Below are positions 49,596-58,602 of a DNA stretch of 64,000 nt, piece by piece. Every line of letters begins with the position of its first letter. The stretch's first letter is position 1. The DNA is from an uncultured Acidobacteriota bacterium (GTDB lineage Bacteria; Acidobacteriota; Vicinamibacteria; Vicinamibacterales; UBA2999). The DNA lies in assembly GCA_963721715.1 (NCBI GenBank), contig CAVRKI010000004.1:1354500-1418499 (forward strand), given 5' to 3'. A program made the position numbers and the translations under genes. The notes beneath the pieces are model-generated. The model had not been told where the DNA came from. It searched no databases and was given only the letters and a program-made list of their open reading frames with translations.

Positions 49596-51187
49596 TGAAC
49601 CGACGTGATGTCCTGCAACTCCTCGGGGTGGCTCCCCTCGCCTCGGGACTCGCCGCACTCGGCGACATCGCCGAAGCTGCCAGCGGCGGGCAGCCGGCGC
49701 GGGCCTTCACTGGGGAGCCCGATGTGGAACTCGCGCTCACCGCATCTCGCGGTGAAATGAACCTCCTGCCCGGCGCCCCCACACGCGTGTGGCGCTTCAC
49801 GGGCAAGGTGCAGCGCGGTCCCGAGACGTCGCTTCAGGTGATACCGGGTTCGTATCTCGGTCCCACCATCCGGCTGCGGCGCGGCCAGAAGGTGCGGATT
49901 CGCTTCAAGAACAACCTCGGCGAACCGTCGATCGTGCACTGGCACGGGCTCGATGTGCCGGAGTCGGCCGACGGGCATCCCCGGCTGGCTGTGGCCGATG
50001 GCCGCGACTACGTCTACGAGTTCGAGGTCCTGAACCGCGCAGGTACCTACTGGTATCACCCGCATCCCCACATGCGAACCGGCGCCCAGGTCTATCAGGG
50101 ACTGGCCGGGCTGCTCGTGGTGTCGGACGAGGAAGAGGACGCGCTGGGACTGCCCTCGGGCGGTGCCGAGCTGACCTACGTGCTGCAGGATCGCCGCTTC
50201 GATGCGAGCAACCAGTTCGTCTACGCCAGCCGGGTCGGTGGCGGGATGGGGATGGGCGGCGGCCGGGGACGTGGCATGGGCATGGGCGGCGGCATGGCCG
50301 AGATGATGCAGACCATGAACGGCTGGCTGGGCGATCGCGTGCTCGTGAACGGCCAGTTGCAGCCGACCGTCACCGTGGATCGGCGCAGCTATCGCCTGCG
50401 GCTGATCAACGGCTCGAACGCGCGCATCTACAAACTCGCGTGGAGCGACAACGCGCCGATCACGGTGATCGGCGGGCAGGGCGGGTTGCTGGAACGGGCG
50501 CGGACGATGCCGGCCTTGACGCTTGCGACAGGTCAGCGTGCGGACGTGCTGCTCGACCTGTCGGAGCGGCCGGCCGGCACCGAGTTCCAGCTGCGCAGCA
50601 TCGCGTTCCCCGCGGAAGCCGTGGGTCGCGTCGGCATGATGGGCGAAAGCGGCCCGCTGCCGCAGGGAGCACCGATTCCGCTGATGACACTGCGGGTCTC
50701 GAGTGCCACCGGACCGCGCGTCCGGCTGCCAGAGCGGCTCTGCGCTCCGCCCGACACCTGGCGCGTGCAGGCCGACGCTCCCGTGCGTCGCGTGCCGCTG
50801 ACGTTCATGCAGATGAACTGGCTGCTCGGCGGACGCACCTTCGAGACGGAGACCGTGGCACCCGACGAAACGGTCGCACCCGGCTCCACACAGATCTGGG
50901 AGATCCACAACCAGCCGAACCCCATGGGGATGAGCATGGCGCATCCCCTTCACCTGCACGGGCCACAGTTCCGCGTGCTCTCGCGTTCGGGCGCGGAAAC
51001 CAACGCCCTGCTCGGCGGCATCGCCGATTCAGCCGCGGACGACACGGTGCTGGTGCTCCCGGGCGAAACCGTGCGCATCCAGGTGACATACTCACGCTTC
51101 CCGGGGCTGTACCTCTATCACTGCCACATCCTCGAGCACGAGGACATGGGCATGATGCGCAACTTCAGGATTACCGCGCCGGCGTGA
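49592..51187 (+). CDS. Multicopper oxidase (CueO/CotA-like), Tat-exported, with Met/Gly-rich insert
   Basis: MNRRDVL; HWHG, WYHPH, HPLHLHG, HCHILEHEDMGMM. Confidence 0.95.
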   Translation: MMNRRDVLQLLGVAPLASGLAALGDIAEAASGGQPARAFTGEPDVELALTASRGEMNLLPGAPTRVWRFTGKVQRGPETSLQVIPGSYLGPTIRLRRGQKVRIRFKNNLGEPSIVHWHGLDVPESADGHPRLAVADGRDYVYEFEVLNRAGTYWYHPHPHMRTGAQVYQGLAGLLVVSDEEEDALGLPSGGAELTYVLQDRRFDASNQFVYASRVGGGMGMGGGRGRGMGMGGGMAEMMQTMNGWLGDRVLVNGQLQPTVTVDRRSYRLRLINGSNARIYKLAWSDNAPITVIGGQGGLLERARTMPALTLATGQRADVLLDLSERPAGTEFQLRSIAFPAEAVGRVGMMGESGPLPQGAPIPLMTLRVSSATGPRVRLPERLCAPPDTWRVQADAPVRRVPLTFMQMNWLLGGRTFETETVAPDETVAPGSTQIWEIHNQPNPMGMSMAHPLHLHGPQFRVLSRSGAETNALLGGIADSAADDTVLVLPGETVRIQVTYSRFPGLYLYHCHILEHEDMGMMRNFRITAPA

Positions 51188-51530
51188 TCGCCCGCTGCGT
51201 GGCCTTGGGGAGCCGGGCCAGCACGTGCGTGTAGGCGTCCTCGATCAACGGCGTCAGTTCGGCCACCGGCAGCGTGTCGAAGCGGTCGAGCGCCACCCAC
51301 TTTGCGCGGGCCAGGTACGGCGCGGGCCGCACGCCATCGCGTTCAACCAGCTCGGCAAACCGCTCGGCGTCGCACTTGAACGATAACGCCGGCCCGTCCG
51401 GCCGGGTCTCGGTGCACGCCACGCAGAACATCTTGCCGCCCACCTTGAAGACGAGATCGGCCCCCCATTGGATCTGCTCAGTGGCACCGGGCAGCGAGAG
51501 GCAGATTTCACGAAGCCGTTCGAGCGTCAT
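51171..51530 (-). CDS. MmcQ/YjbR family protein
   Basis: CLSLPGATE..WG..VFKVGGKMF..PAPYLARAKWV. Confidence 0.9.
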   Translation of the reverse strand: MTLERLREICLSLPGATEQIQWGADLVFKVGGKMFCVACTETRPDGPALSFKCDAERFAELVERDGVRPAPYLARAKWVALDRFDTLPVAELTPLIEDAYTHVLARLPKATQRAITPAR

Positions 51531-51541
51531 GGGAAGCCTTC

Positions 51542-51566
51542 GGGGCTTGGGGCTTGGGGCTTGGGG
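51542..51566. repeat. Heptamer tandem repeat (GGGGCTT) x3.5
   Basis: GGGGCTT GGGGCTT GGGGCTT GGGG. Confidence 0.85.
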
Positions 51567-51589
51567 TGCCTGGGTCCTGACCGCGCCGC

Positions 51590-52546
51590 TCACCAGCGAC
51601 CGCTCGCGCCGCCACCACCCGAGCTGCCGCCGCCGAAGCTGGAGCCGGAGGACCCCGACCCTCCGCTCGACCCCGACGATCCTCCGCTCGAGCCACTGCT
51701 GCCCCAGACCCAGCCGCTGGTCGAGGCGCCGCCCGAGGACTGGCGCAGGCTCTTCCGGGAAGACGGCCGTCGTCCGATCAGGATGCCAATGACCGTCGCG
51801 ACCAGGGCGACCGCCGAGAGGATGCGCGCGCCCGTCCCCGGCATCAGCAGGAACGAGGTCAGCAACGGCACCCCGCCGAACACGAGCCCGAAGAAGATCG
51901 GGCCCAGCGCACGCGCGCCGAGCCCCGAGCCCCCCATCCCGAAACCGATGCCGACGAACAGCCCGAAGAACGGCACGAGCACCCACTCGATGGGGAGATC
52001 GGGGTTCGATCCCGGCGCGGCCCGGTCCAGCGCCGCCCGCTGCTCGGCCGTGACCGGCTGGTTCCGCCGGACGATGGCGGCCACGCGATTGGTGCCCTCG
52101 ACGATGCCGAGACCGTAGTCGCCGGTGCGAAACGGTGGCAGGAATGTCTCCTGGACGATCTGACCGGCGAGTCCGTCGGGCAGGATCTCCTCGAGGCCGT
52201 AGCCGACCTCGATGCGCATCTCGCGTTCATTGGGTGCGACGAGGATCAGGACGCCGTTGTCCTGATCCCGTTGGCCGATGCCCCAGTCGGCGAACAGCCG
52301 GTTCGCGTATTCCTCCACCGTCATGCCGTCCAGCGCGGATACGGTGGCCACGGCAATCTCGGCGGTCGTGGCGTCCTCGACGCCCTGGAGCAGATCCGTC
52401 AGGGTCTGCTCCTGCGCGGCGGTCAGGACATTGGCGAAGTCGTTCACGGTTCCGACCGGCTTCGGCAGGTCGGCGGCCACCACGCTCGCCCCCACGAGAG
52501 ACAGGGCGACGATCACAAGATTCAAATGACTGGTCGTCGCGCGCAT
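51590..52546 (-). CDS. TPM (YgcG) domain membrane protein
   Basis: VNDFANVL, WGIG..DNGVLILVA, RIEVGYGLE, FGGGSSGGGGASGRW tail. Confidence 0.92.
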   Translation of the reverse strand: MRATTSHLNLVIVALSLVGASVVAADLPKPVGTVNDFANVLTAAQEQTLTDLLQGVEDATTAEIAVATVSALDGMTVEEYANRLFADWGIGQRDQDNGVLILVAPNEREMRIEVGYGLEEILPDGLAGQIVQETFLPPFRTGDYGLGIVEGTNRVAAIVRRNQPVTAEQRAALDRAAPGSNPDLPIEWVLVPFFGLFVGIGFGMGGSGLGARALGPIFFGLVFGGVPLLTSFLLMPGTGARILSAVALVATVIGILIGRRPSSRKSLRQSSGGASTSGWVWGSSGSSGGSSGSSGGSGSSGSSFGGGSSGGGGASGRW

Positions 52547-52599
52547 GAATCCTTCTCCGCCTCCCTGATCCCTGTTTTCGCAATGCTACACTTCGCCGC

Positions 52600-53979
52600 A
52601 TGAAGCGCACGGACGGATCGACGCGGAAGACGAGCCGCCGCGAGTTCCTGGGTGATGGCGCCGCGGGCGCGGCGGGGGTCGTGGCCGGCCTGTCGCTGTC
52701 GGCGCCTGCCCCTGCCCGTGGACAGGCACGCGCGCCGGGGCAGCGTCTGGACGCGATGCGCGCGCTGGCCCTGGCCAGGGCGCGCCGGGACGAGCTCGTC
52801 GATCTGCTGTCGCGGCTGGTAGCCGTGTCGAGCCCGCTCGGAGAGTCGGCCGAGTCCGGTCAGCGGGTCGTCGCCGACTACTTGCGCCCGCGCGGCTACG
52901 GCGCGGAGCTGGTCGTCGACGATCCCGCGAAGTACGTGTCGCATCCCGACTACATGGCGCCGGCGACGCCGTATCCGGCGCTGGCCACCAACGTGATTGG
53001 CCGCCCGTCGCGGCTGCCCTCTCGCGTCGGGCTGTTCGCGCACATCGACACCGAGCGGGCAGGCGCCGGATGGACCGGCGATCCGCTGAAGGCGCGGGTC
53101 ACCGACGGACGTCTCTACGGCCTCGGCGCCGCCGACGACAAGGGCGGCGTGGCCGCCATGCTGGTGGCCGCCACAATCCTCCAGGCCGAGAGCCGCCCCA
53201 GCCCCGTCGTCCTGAGCCTGCACGGCAAGGGCGGCGGCAGCCGCGGCAGCCTACCCACCTTCGAGCGGCTTCGCGATTTCTCGCAGGTGCTCTACGTGCA
53301 TCCCGCCGAGACCGGGCGCGGTCTCGTCGACATCAAGCACATCGTGCGCGGGGTGGTGGACCTCCGGCTCGACGTCACCGGCTGGCGCGGCCAACCGAAA
53401 GAGATCGGCAGCCCGGACAGCGCGCCATTCGCCGACGGCGGCAACGCGCTCGCGGCGACGCTGGCCATGGTCGAGCGGCTGCGCGCCACGGTCTTCAAGG
53501 GCTGCGACGTGAACGTTGGTGAGCTCGTTTCCGGCGATCGCGTCGGCTCGGTGGCACACCAGGCTCGGGCGCGCATCCGCGTGCTGTACGACGACCAGCG
53601 CGCCTTTGGCGAACTGGTGGCCGGGGCGCGCCGCGAATGCGAAGCGGAGGCCGCCGCGCGGGCCGCCGGCGGCCGCTCGTTCACGGTGCGTCTGGAACGC
53701 GAGGGCCTGGGCGCGAACTACGCGGCCGTCGACTGGAACAGCCCGGCCTCGATGGCGCTGCGCGAGGCGATCATGGACGTCACCGGCACGGCGCCGGCGT
53801 CGTACACCGGTCACTATGCCGGTGACATCCGCTATCCCATTCGACTGGCGGGGGTGCCGGCGTTCGGCATCGGCTCCCTCGCCGGCGGGTTCTACGGCCC
53901 AGACGAGTGGGTGGACATCGACGATCTCGTCCGCCTCGTGGCCGTGGTCATCCTCGTGTCCGAGCGCTGGGCCGCGTAG
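52600..53979 (+). CDS. M20 (ArgE/DapE-fold) metallohydrolase-like protein, Tat-exported, with divergent metal ligands
   Basis: SRREFL, FAHIDT, GRLYGLGAADDKGG, YGPDEWVDIDDL. Confidence 0.82.
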   Translation: MKRTDGSTRKTSRREFLGDGAAGAAGVVAGLSLSAPAPARGQARAPGQRLDAMRALALARARRDELVDLLSRLVAVSSPLGESAESGQRVVADYLRPRGYGAELVVDDPAKYVSHPDYMAPATPYPALATNVIGRPSRLPSRVGLFAHIDTERAGAGWTGDPLKARVTDGRLYGLGAADDKGGVAAMLVAATILQAESRPSPVVLSLHGKGGGSRGSLPTFERLRDFSQVLYVHPAETGRGLVDIKHIVRGVVDLRLDVTGWRGQPKEIGSPDSAPFADGGNALAATLAMVERLRATVFKGCDVNVGELVSGDRVGSVAHQARARIRVLYDDQRAFGELVAGARRECEAEAAARAAGGRSFTVRLEREGLGANYAAVDWNSPASMALREAIMDVTGTAPASYTGHYAGDIRYPIRLAGVPAFGIGSLAGGFYGPDEWVDIDDLVRLVAVVILVSERWAA

Positions 53980-53995
53980 GTCGCGCCGCGCCGAA

Positions 53996-55039
53996 CTACC
54001 GCGTGATGAACACATCCACCCGCAACCCGACCGGAAGCGTCGTGCCTGGGTCGAGTTCCACCAGCGTCTCCAGTACCTTGGTGTCCATTTTCTCTGCGGG
54101 CTCGTCGGTCCGGAGGTTCTTGCGGCCCAGCATCCCGCCGATGCGCACCACGCGTCCCGGAAAACGTGTGTCGCCGTAAGCCCCGGCGGTGGCCCAGGCG
54201 GCCTGTCCCACCTTGAGCGCCGCCACGTCACGCTCGTCCACATCCACTCGCACGCGGAGCGTACGCGTGTCCGCGACCGTGACCACCGCGGACGCCGGGC
54301 CGTCGAGCGAGACGCTTTCGCCGGACTGTTTGTGGCGCCTCAGCACCACGCCCGAGATCGGTGATCGCACGACCGTCTTGTTCACCAGTGCCCGGGCTTC
54401 GGCCACGCTGGCACGCGCCATGGCCACGGCGGCATCCGCTCGGGCGAGCTCGTCGGCCCGGGCCACGCTGTCGACGGTCGCCAGGCGTTCGGCGGTCTCG
54501 TTCTTCCGCGCCTGTGCGACGCGCCAGTCGCGCTCGGCGCGGTCCAGATCGTCCCGTGCGATGACGCCGGACTCGAACAGGCGCCGCCGCCGCTCGATCT
54601 CGATGCGGGCGTGTTCGAGGCTGGCGTCGGCCTGCGCTGCGACGGCGCCGGCCTCGCGGCGTTCCTCGGGGCGGGCGCCGTTCGTCAGGCGGAGGCGCTC
54701 GGCTTCCGCCATCGAGAGCCGCGCCTCGGCCGAGAGCAGCCGCGCCTCGTAATCGTCACGCACGAGCCGAGCCATGACCTGCCCTTCAGAGACGACGTCA
54801 CCATCGTCGACCAGCACGGCGGCGAGCTTCCCGGAAAGTTCCGGCGAGACGTCAATCTCCTCGGAGATCGGCTCCACCCGTCCAGGCCCCGCGATCAGCG
54901 CGGCCGCGGCACTCGCGGGCGGCGCTGGAGCCCCGAGCCCGGGGGGCGACACACCCAGTCCACCGGCCGCGCGTACGACCACGACGCTGACCAGCCCCAT
55001 CGCCACCAAACCTGTCATCGTCCACTGTATGCGGGACAT
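53996..55039 (-). CDS. HlyD/DevB-like membrane fusion protein
   Basis: GPGRVEP, SGKLAAVLVDDGDVV, long helical hairpin, VRSPISGVVL. Confidence 0.9.
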   Translation of the reverse strand: MSRIQWTMTGLVAMGLVSVVVVRAAGGLGVSPPGLGAPAPPASAAAALIAGPGRVEPISEEIDVSPELSGKLAAVLVDDGDVVSEGQVMARLVRDDYEARLLSAEARLSMAEAERLRLTNGARPEERREAGAVAAQADASLEHARIEIERRRRLFESGVIARDDLDRAERDWRVAQARKNETAERLATVDSVARADELARADAAVAMARASVAEARALVNKTVVRSPISGVVLRRHKQSGESVSLDGPASAVVTVADTRTLRVRVDVDERDVAALKVGQAAWATAGAYGDTRFPGRVVRIGGMLGRKNLRTDEPAEKMDTKVLETLVELDPGTTLPVGLRVDVFITR

Positions 55040-55058
55040 TCGGGATCCCTTTCGTGAG

Positions 55059-55117
55059 AAGTTCAAAGTTCAAAGTTCCAGCCCAAGACTCAAGACCCAG
55101 GCCCCAGGACCCAAGAC
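55059..55117. repeat. Composite heptamer repeats (AAGTTCA) x3 plus CCCAAGA-like units
   Basis: AAGTTCA AAGTTCA AAGTTCC, then CCCAAGA CTCAAGA CCCAGGC CCCAGGA CCCAAGA. Confidence 0.7.
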
Positions 55118-55124
55118 GCACGTC

Positions 55125-55820
55125 TCAAGACGCTTGCTCCAGTCGTCCGTCCGCAATGTGCACCACGCGGTCGGCGTATGCCGCGGCGCGGTGGTCGTGC
55201 GTGACCATCACGACGGCGCGATTGCGGCGTTCGGCGAGGTGTCGCAGCAGGTCCAGCACGATGGCGCCGGACTGCGAGTCGAGCGCGGCGGTGGGCTCAT
55301 CGGCGAGCACGATGGACGGATCGCCGACGAGGGCGCGGGCGATGGCAACGCGCTGCTTCTGCCCGCCGCTGAGATCCGCCGGGTAGCTCTCGGCCTTGTG
55401 GCTCATCTCGACGGACTCCAGCGCCGCGATGGCGCGGGTGCGGGCCTCCCGGCCGCTGATGCCGCGTACGTCCAGCGCAAGCGCCACGTTTTCGGACGCG
55501 TTGAGCGCCGGGAACAGGTTGAAGCCCTGGAACACGAAGCCGATGTGCGCCAGGCGAATGCGCGGCAGCTCCCGCTCGGGACGGCCGACCACTTCCTCGC
55601 CGTTCAGGCGGACGCTGCCGGATGACGCCGTGAGGATGGCGCCCATGATCGAGAGCAGCGTGGTCTTGCCGCTGCCCGAGGGCCCCATCATCAGCAGCAC
55701 CTCACCTCGCGTCACCGCGAGGTCCACCGCGTGCAGCGCACGAACGGCGGTGGCCCCCGTGCCGTAGGTCTTGCTCACGCCCTTGACCGAGATCGCGACG
55801 TCGGTGGCTGTGGTCGTCAT
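55125..55820 (-). CDS. ABC transporter ATP-binding protein (DevA/LolD type)
   Basis: GPSGSGKTT, LSGGQKQR, LADEPTAALD, VTHD. Confidence 0.93.
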   Translation of the reverse strand: MTTTATDVAISVKGVSKTYGTGATAVRALHAVDLAVTRGEVLLMMGPSGSGKTTLLSIMGAILTASSGSVRLNGEEVVGRPERELPRIRLAHIGFVFQGFNLFPALNASENVALALDVRGISGREARTRAIAALESVEMSHKAESYPADLSGGQKQRVAIARALVGDPSIVLADEPTAALDSQSGAIVLDLLRHLAERRNRAVVMVTHDHRAAAYADRVVHIADGRLEQAS

Positions 55821-55822
55821 CG

Positions 55823-56947
55823 TTACCCCTTGAACACCATGGCCGGATCGATCCGGGTGACCTTGTTGATCGAGACCATCGATGCGCCCAGGCACATCGT
55901 CAGCGTCAGCGCGAAGAGCGCGGCGGCCAACGGCACGTCGAGGATGATGGCGGTGGTGCCGGCAAGGCTGGCGCGCGCGGCGAAGAGGGCGATGGAGATA
56001 CCCACGCCGTAGCCGGCAACGGCGCTGAGCGCTGCCTGTTGCAGGATCACGCGATACAGATAGGCGTTGGTCGCGCCCATCGCCTTCAGCGTGCCGTACT
56101 CCTTGATGTGGTCGACGGTGGCGGCGTAGATGGTCTGCGCCACGACCACCACGCCGACCAGCAGCCCAAGCCCCGCCGCAATCAACACCGTGATCCCGGC
56201 GCCGGTGCCGAACATCCAGTACGCCTCCTGCCCCCGGCGCCAGGCCTCGGCCGTCACCACTTCCACGCCCGTCAGCCGCGCCTGCAACCGGCTCGCTACC
56301 GTCTCTGGAGACTCGCCGGGCAGCGTCCTCGCCAGCAGGAACATCGTCTGGTCCTCGGCGACGAGCGCGTAGTCCTGCGCCCGCTTGAAGGACGCGAACA
56401 CCGGCGGCGCGGTGGTGAAGGTGCGGATGCCGCGGGTGAGCCCGGCCACGCGCGCGCGATGCCCGCCGATCTCGACGACGTCGCCGATGCCCTTGATGCC
56501 GAGCTTCGACAGATAGAGTTCGTCCACGATGACGGCGTCGGGTTCGGCGAGGACGGCCGCTGACCCGGCGACCAGGTTCCATGGCTGCCCCATGGCACCG
56601 GCCGGATCAACACCGATCACCATCACCGACTCCTGACCACCGTCCGGCTTCTTCCACTGACCGAACCGCACGATGTGCTTCTGGGCCGCCGCAATCCCAG
56701 GCGTGGCCAGCACTTCATACAGCTTCCGCTCCGAGAACGGCACGCCCGTCTCGAGATGCGTGACACCGGTGGAGGTGACCCACAGGTCCGCATCCGCGCG
56801 GCGGATGACGTCGGAGGTGGCGTGCTGAAAGCCGACGAAGAGCCCCAGTTGTATCGCCGACAGCACCACGGCGAAGACGATGCCGGTGAGGGTGACGACG
56901 AGGCGGACACGGTCGTGCAGCAGGTTGCGGCGGGCAAGAGAAGGCAT
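55823..56947 (-). CDS. ABC permease (DevC/FtsX type)
   Basis: LARRNL..GIVFAVVL..QLG, KEYGTLKAMG, DPAMVF. Confidence 0.9.
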   Translation of the reverse strand: MPSLARRNLLHDRVRLVVTLTGIVFAVVLSAIQLGLFVGFQHATSDVIRRADADLWVTSTGVTHLETGVPFSERKLYEVLATPGIAAAQKHIVRFGQWKKPDGGQESVMVIGVDPAGAMGQPWNLVAGSAAVLAEPDAVIVDELYLSKLGIKGIGDVVEIGGHRARVAGLTRGIRTFTTAPPVFASFKRAQDYALVAEDQTMFLLARTLPGESPETVASRLQARLTGVEVVTAEAWRRGQEAYWMFGTGAGITVLIAAGLGLLVGVVVVAQTIYAATVDHIKEYGTLKAMGATNAYLYRVILQQAALSAVAGYGVGISIALFAARASLAGTTAIILDVPLAAALFALTLTMCLGASMVSINKVTRIDPAMVFKG

Positions 56948-56969
56948 GGCGTTTACACAGCTAATAGAC

Positions 56970-56983
56970 GTAACACTGTTAAG
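56970..56983. promoter_or_regulatory. TetR-type operator upstream of the ABC exporter
   Basis: TAACACTGTTAA, matching the reverse strand of the palindrome at 57658. Confidence 0.75.
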
Positions 56984-56994
56984 TTCGGTTCCTG

Positions 56995-57017
56995 AAAAAA
57001 GGCGGCTGGGGCCGCCT
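56995..57017 (-). terminator. Intrinsic terminator downstream of tetR
   Basis: Minus strand AGGCGGC-CCCA-GCCGCC-TTTTTT. Confidence 0.8.
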
Positions 57018-57041
57018 CGTCCGTGTGCGCGGGTCCGGCCG

Positions 57042-57650
57042 CTAGGCCTTCGCCACGCCGCGCAGCAACGTCTCCAGCAGTTCCTCCATCAGCACCGCTC
57101 GCGGCGCGAACGGAAACTCCTTCTTCGCGACGAGCAGCGACACCAGCCCGTGAATGCCCACCCACAACACCTGCGACGCGAGGTCGGTGTGAATGGGACG
57201 CAGCAGGTTCGCGTCGGCACATTCCTGCACCGCCTGCCGCAGCACGCCGAACGCCCGCTCGCCGGCCGAGCCGTCGAACTGCACCTCGGCGGCCGCCGCC
57301 GGCCGTTTCATGAACGTGACGATGTAGTGCTCGGGATGCTTGAGGCCGAAGTCGATGTACTCACGCAGGCCGGCCCTGAGGGCGCCCAGCGGGTCGCCCG
57401 GATGCCGCTGCTTCTGCTTCTCGAGCCGCTGCACGAGGCGCGCAAACGTCTCGTCGCAGATCGCCTGGAAAAGCGCGTCCTTGTCCTTGAAGTAGAGATA
57501 AATAGTCGTCGGCGAATACTCGATGCGCTCGGCCAGCCGGCGCATGCTCAGCTGGTCGTAGCCCTCCTCGGCGAAGATCCGCCGGGCGTGATCGAGGATT
57601 TCGGTGCGCAGCGAACTCTTGTGCCGCGCCTTGCGCTCGGCGATGCCCAT
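57042..57650 (-). CDS. TetR/AcrR-family transcriptional regulator
   Basis: ILDHARRIFAEEGY..SMRRLAERIEYSPTTIYLYFKDKD; WVGIHGL (WHG-type C-domain). Confidence 0.95.
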   Translation of the reverse strand: MGIAERKARHKSSLRTEILDHARRIFAEEGYDQLSMRRLAERIEYSPTTIYLYFKDKDALFQAICDETFARLVQRLEKQKQRHPGDPLGALRAGLREYIDFGLKHPEHYIVTFMKRPAAAAEVQFDGSAGERAFGVLRQAVQECADANLLRPIHTDLASQVLWVGIHGLVSLLVAKKEFPFAPRAVLMEELLETLLRGVAKA

Positions 57651-57657
57651 GGCTCTG

Positions 57658-57700
57658 GTTAACAGTGTTAACTTGACACGACCGCCCGGGCGCTGTCAAG
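57658..57700. promoter_or_regulatory. TetR autoregulatory operator and promoter
   Basis: Palindrome GTTAAC-AGT-GTTAAC 7 nt from the tetR ATG; CTTGACA/TGTCAAG inverted pair gives TTGACA on both strands. Confidence 0.75.
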
Positions 57701-57720
57701 CCTCGTAGTACCATGCGCCC

Positions 57721-58512
57721 ATGGTCACTCTGCTCCTGCTGACGTGGCTGCAGGTCGCCCCCGCGCAGCCTGCTCCGTCCACTCCGCCACCGGCACCAGC
57801 GCGCACCCAGCCCGCGCGTCCGCGGGCACCGGCCCCGGCGCCAGCGGCCGGCACGACCATCACCTTCACCGTCACCGACGCCGTCGGCGCGGTGCTCGAG
57901 GGCGTCACGGTCACCCTGGTCGGCGCCGCCGATCGGCAGGGACAGACCACGGCCGAGGGCCGCCTGCGGCTGCTGAACGTGCCCGCCGGCACCTACCGCG
58001 CCCGCTTCGAGCACGAGGGCTTCTACACTTTCGAGAAGGAGGTCATCTGGCGCAGCGGCATGACCGCGCCGGCGATGGTCGTGACGCTGAACGCCGCGCC
58101 TCCACCGCCGCCCCCACCGCCTCCGCCGCCGGCAGAGCCGGCGAAGACCGAGTTCGGCCTGCCGCCGCCCTCGGCGCCCAAGTCGATGGCGCTGCTCGAC
58201 TACATCGAGCGGAACTTCATCTCCAGCAAGGAGCCCCACAAGGAAAATCTCGTCGGCTGCAGCGGCGTCGGGCAGTCGGTGCTGTGGCAGGTGCGCGAGC
58301 CGTGGACCGACCGTGAGCACCCGTCCGCGGATGCCATGATGTACGTCATCGGCGGTGAAGGCACGCTCCGCATGGACGGGCGCGACATCAACCTCGCCGC
58401 GGGCAGCTTCGCGGTGGTGCCGCGCGGCACGAGCTACGGGTTCTCGCGGCGCGGCAGGAACCCGCTCATCGTCCTCGCGTTCCTGGCGGGAGCGCCGTGC
58501 GCGGGCAACTGA
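57721..58512 (+). CDS. Exported protein: carboxypeptidase-regulatory-like domain, Pro linker, cupin
   Basis: VTDAVGAVLEGVTVTL..T..EGR..VPAGTY; poly-Pro; EHPSADAMMYVIGGEG..VVPRG. Confidence 0.75.
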   Translation: MVTLLLLTWLQVAPAQPAPSTPPPAPARTQPARPRAPAPAPAAGTTITFTVTDAVGAVLEGVTVTLVGAADRQGQTTAEGRLRLLNVPAGTYRARFEHEGFYTFEKEVIWRSGMTAPAMVVTLNAAPPPPPPPPPPPAEPAKTEFGLPPPSAPKSMALLDYIERNFISSKEPHKENLVGCSGVGQSVLWQVREPWTDREHPSADAMMYVIGGEGTLRMDGRDINLAAGSFAVVPRGTSYGFSRRGRNPLIVLAFLAGAPCAGN

Positions 58513-58602
58513 CCCCGCGATTCGCTTGACTTGAGGGCCCATCCGCTCGAACGCCGGCACCTCAGCGGTCGCGTTTTGCGATACGCTGAAGAGCTCCCAA
58601 GT

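Noticed and set aside
25695-55117. Short repeats as CRISPR arrays
   Set aside because: Units are 7-8 nt with no spacers, and there are no cas genes.
58513-58602. T-box or other riboswitch before glnS
   Set aside because: The region is only 90 nt and has no T-box motif or terminator.
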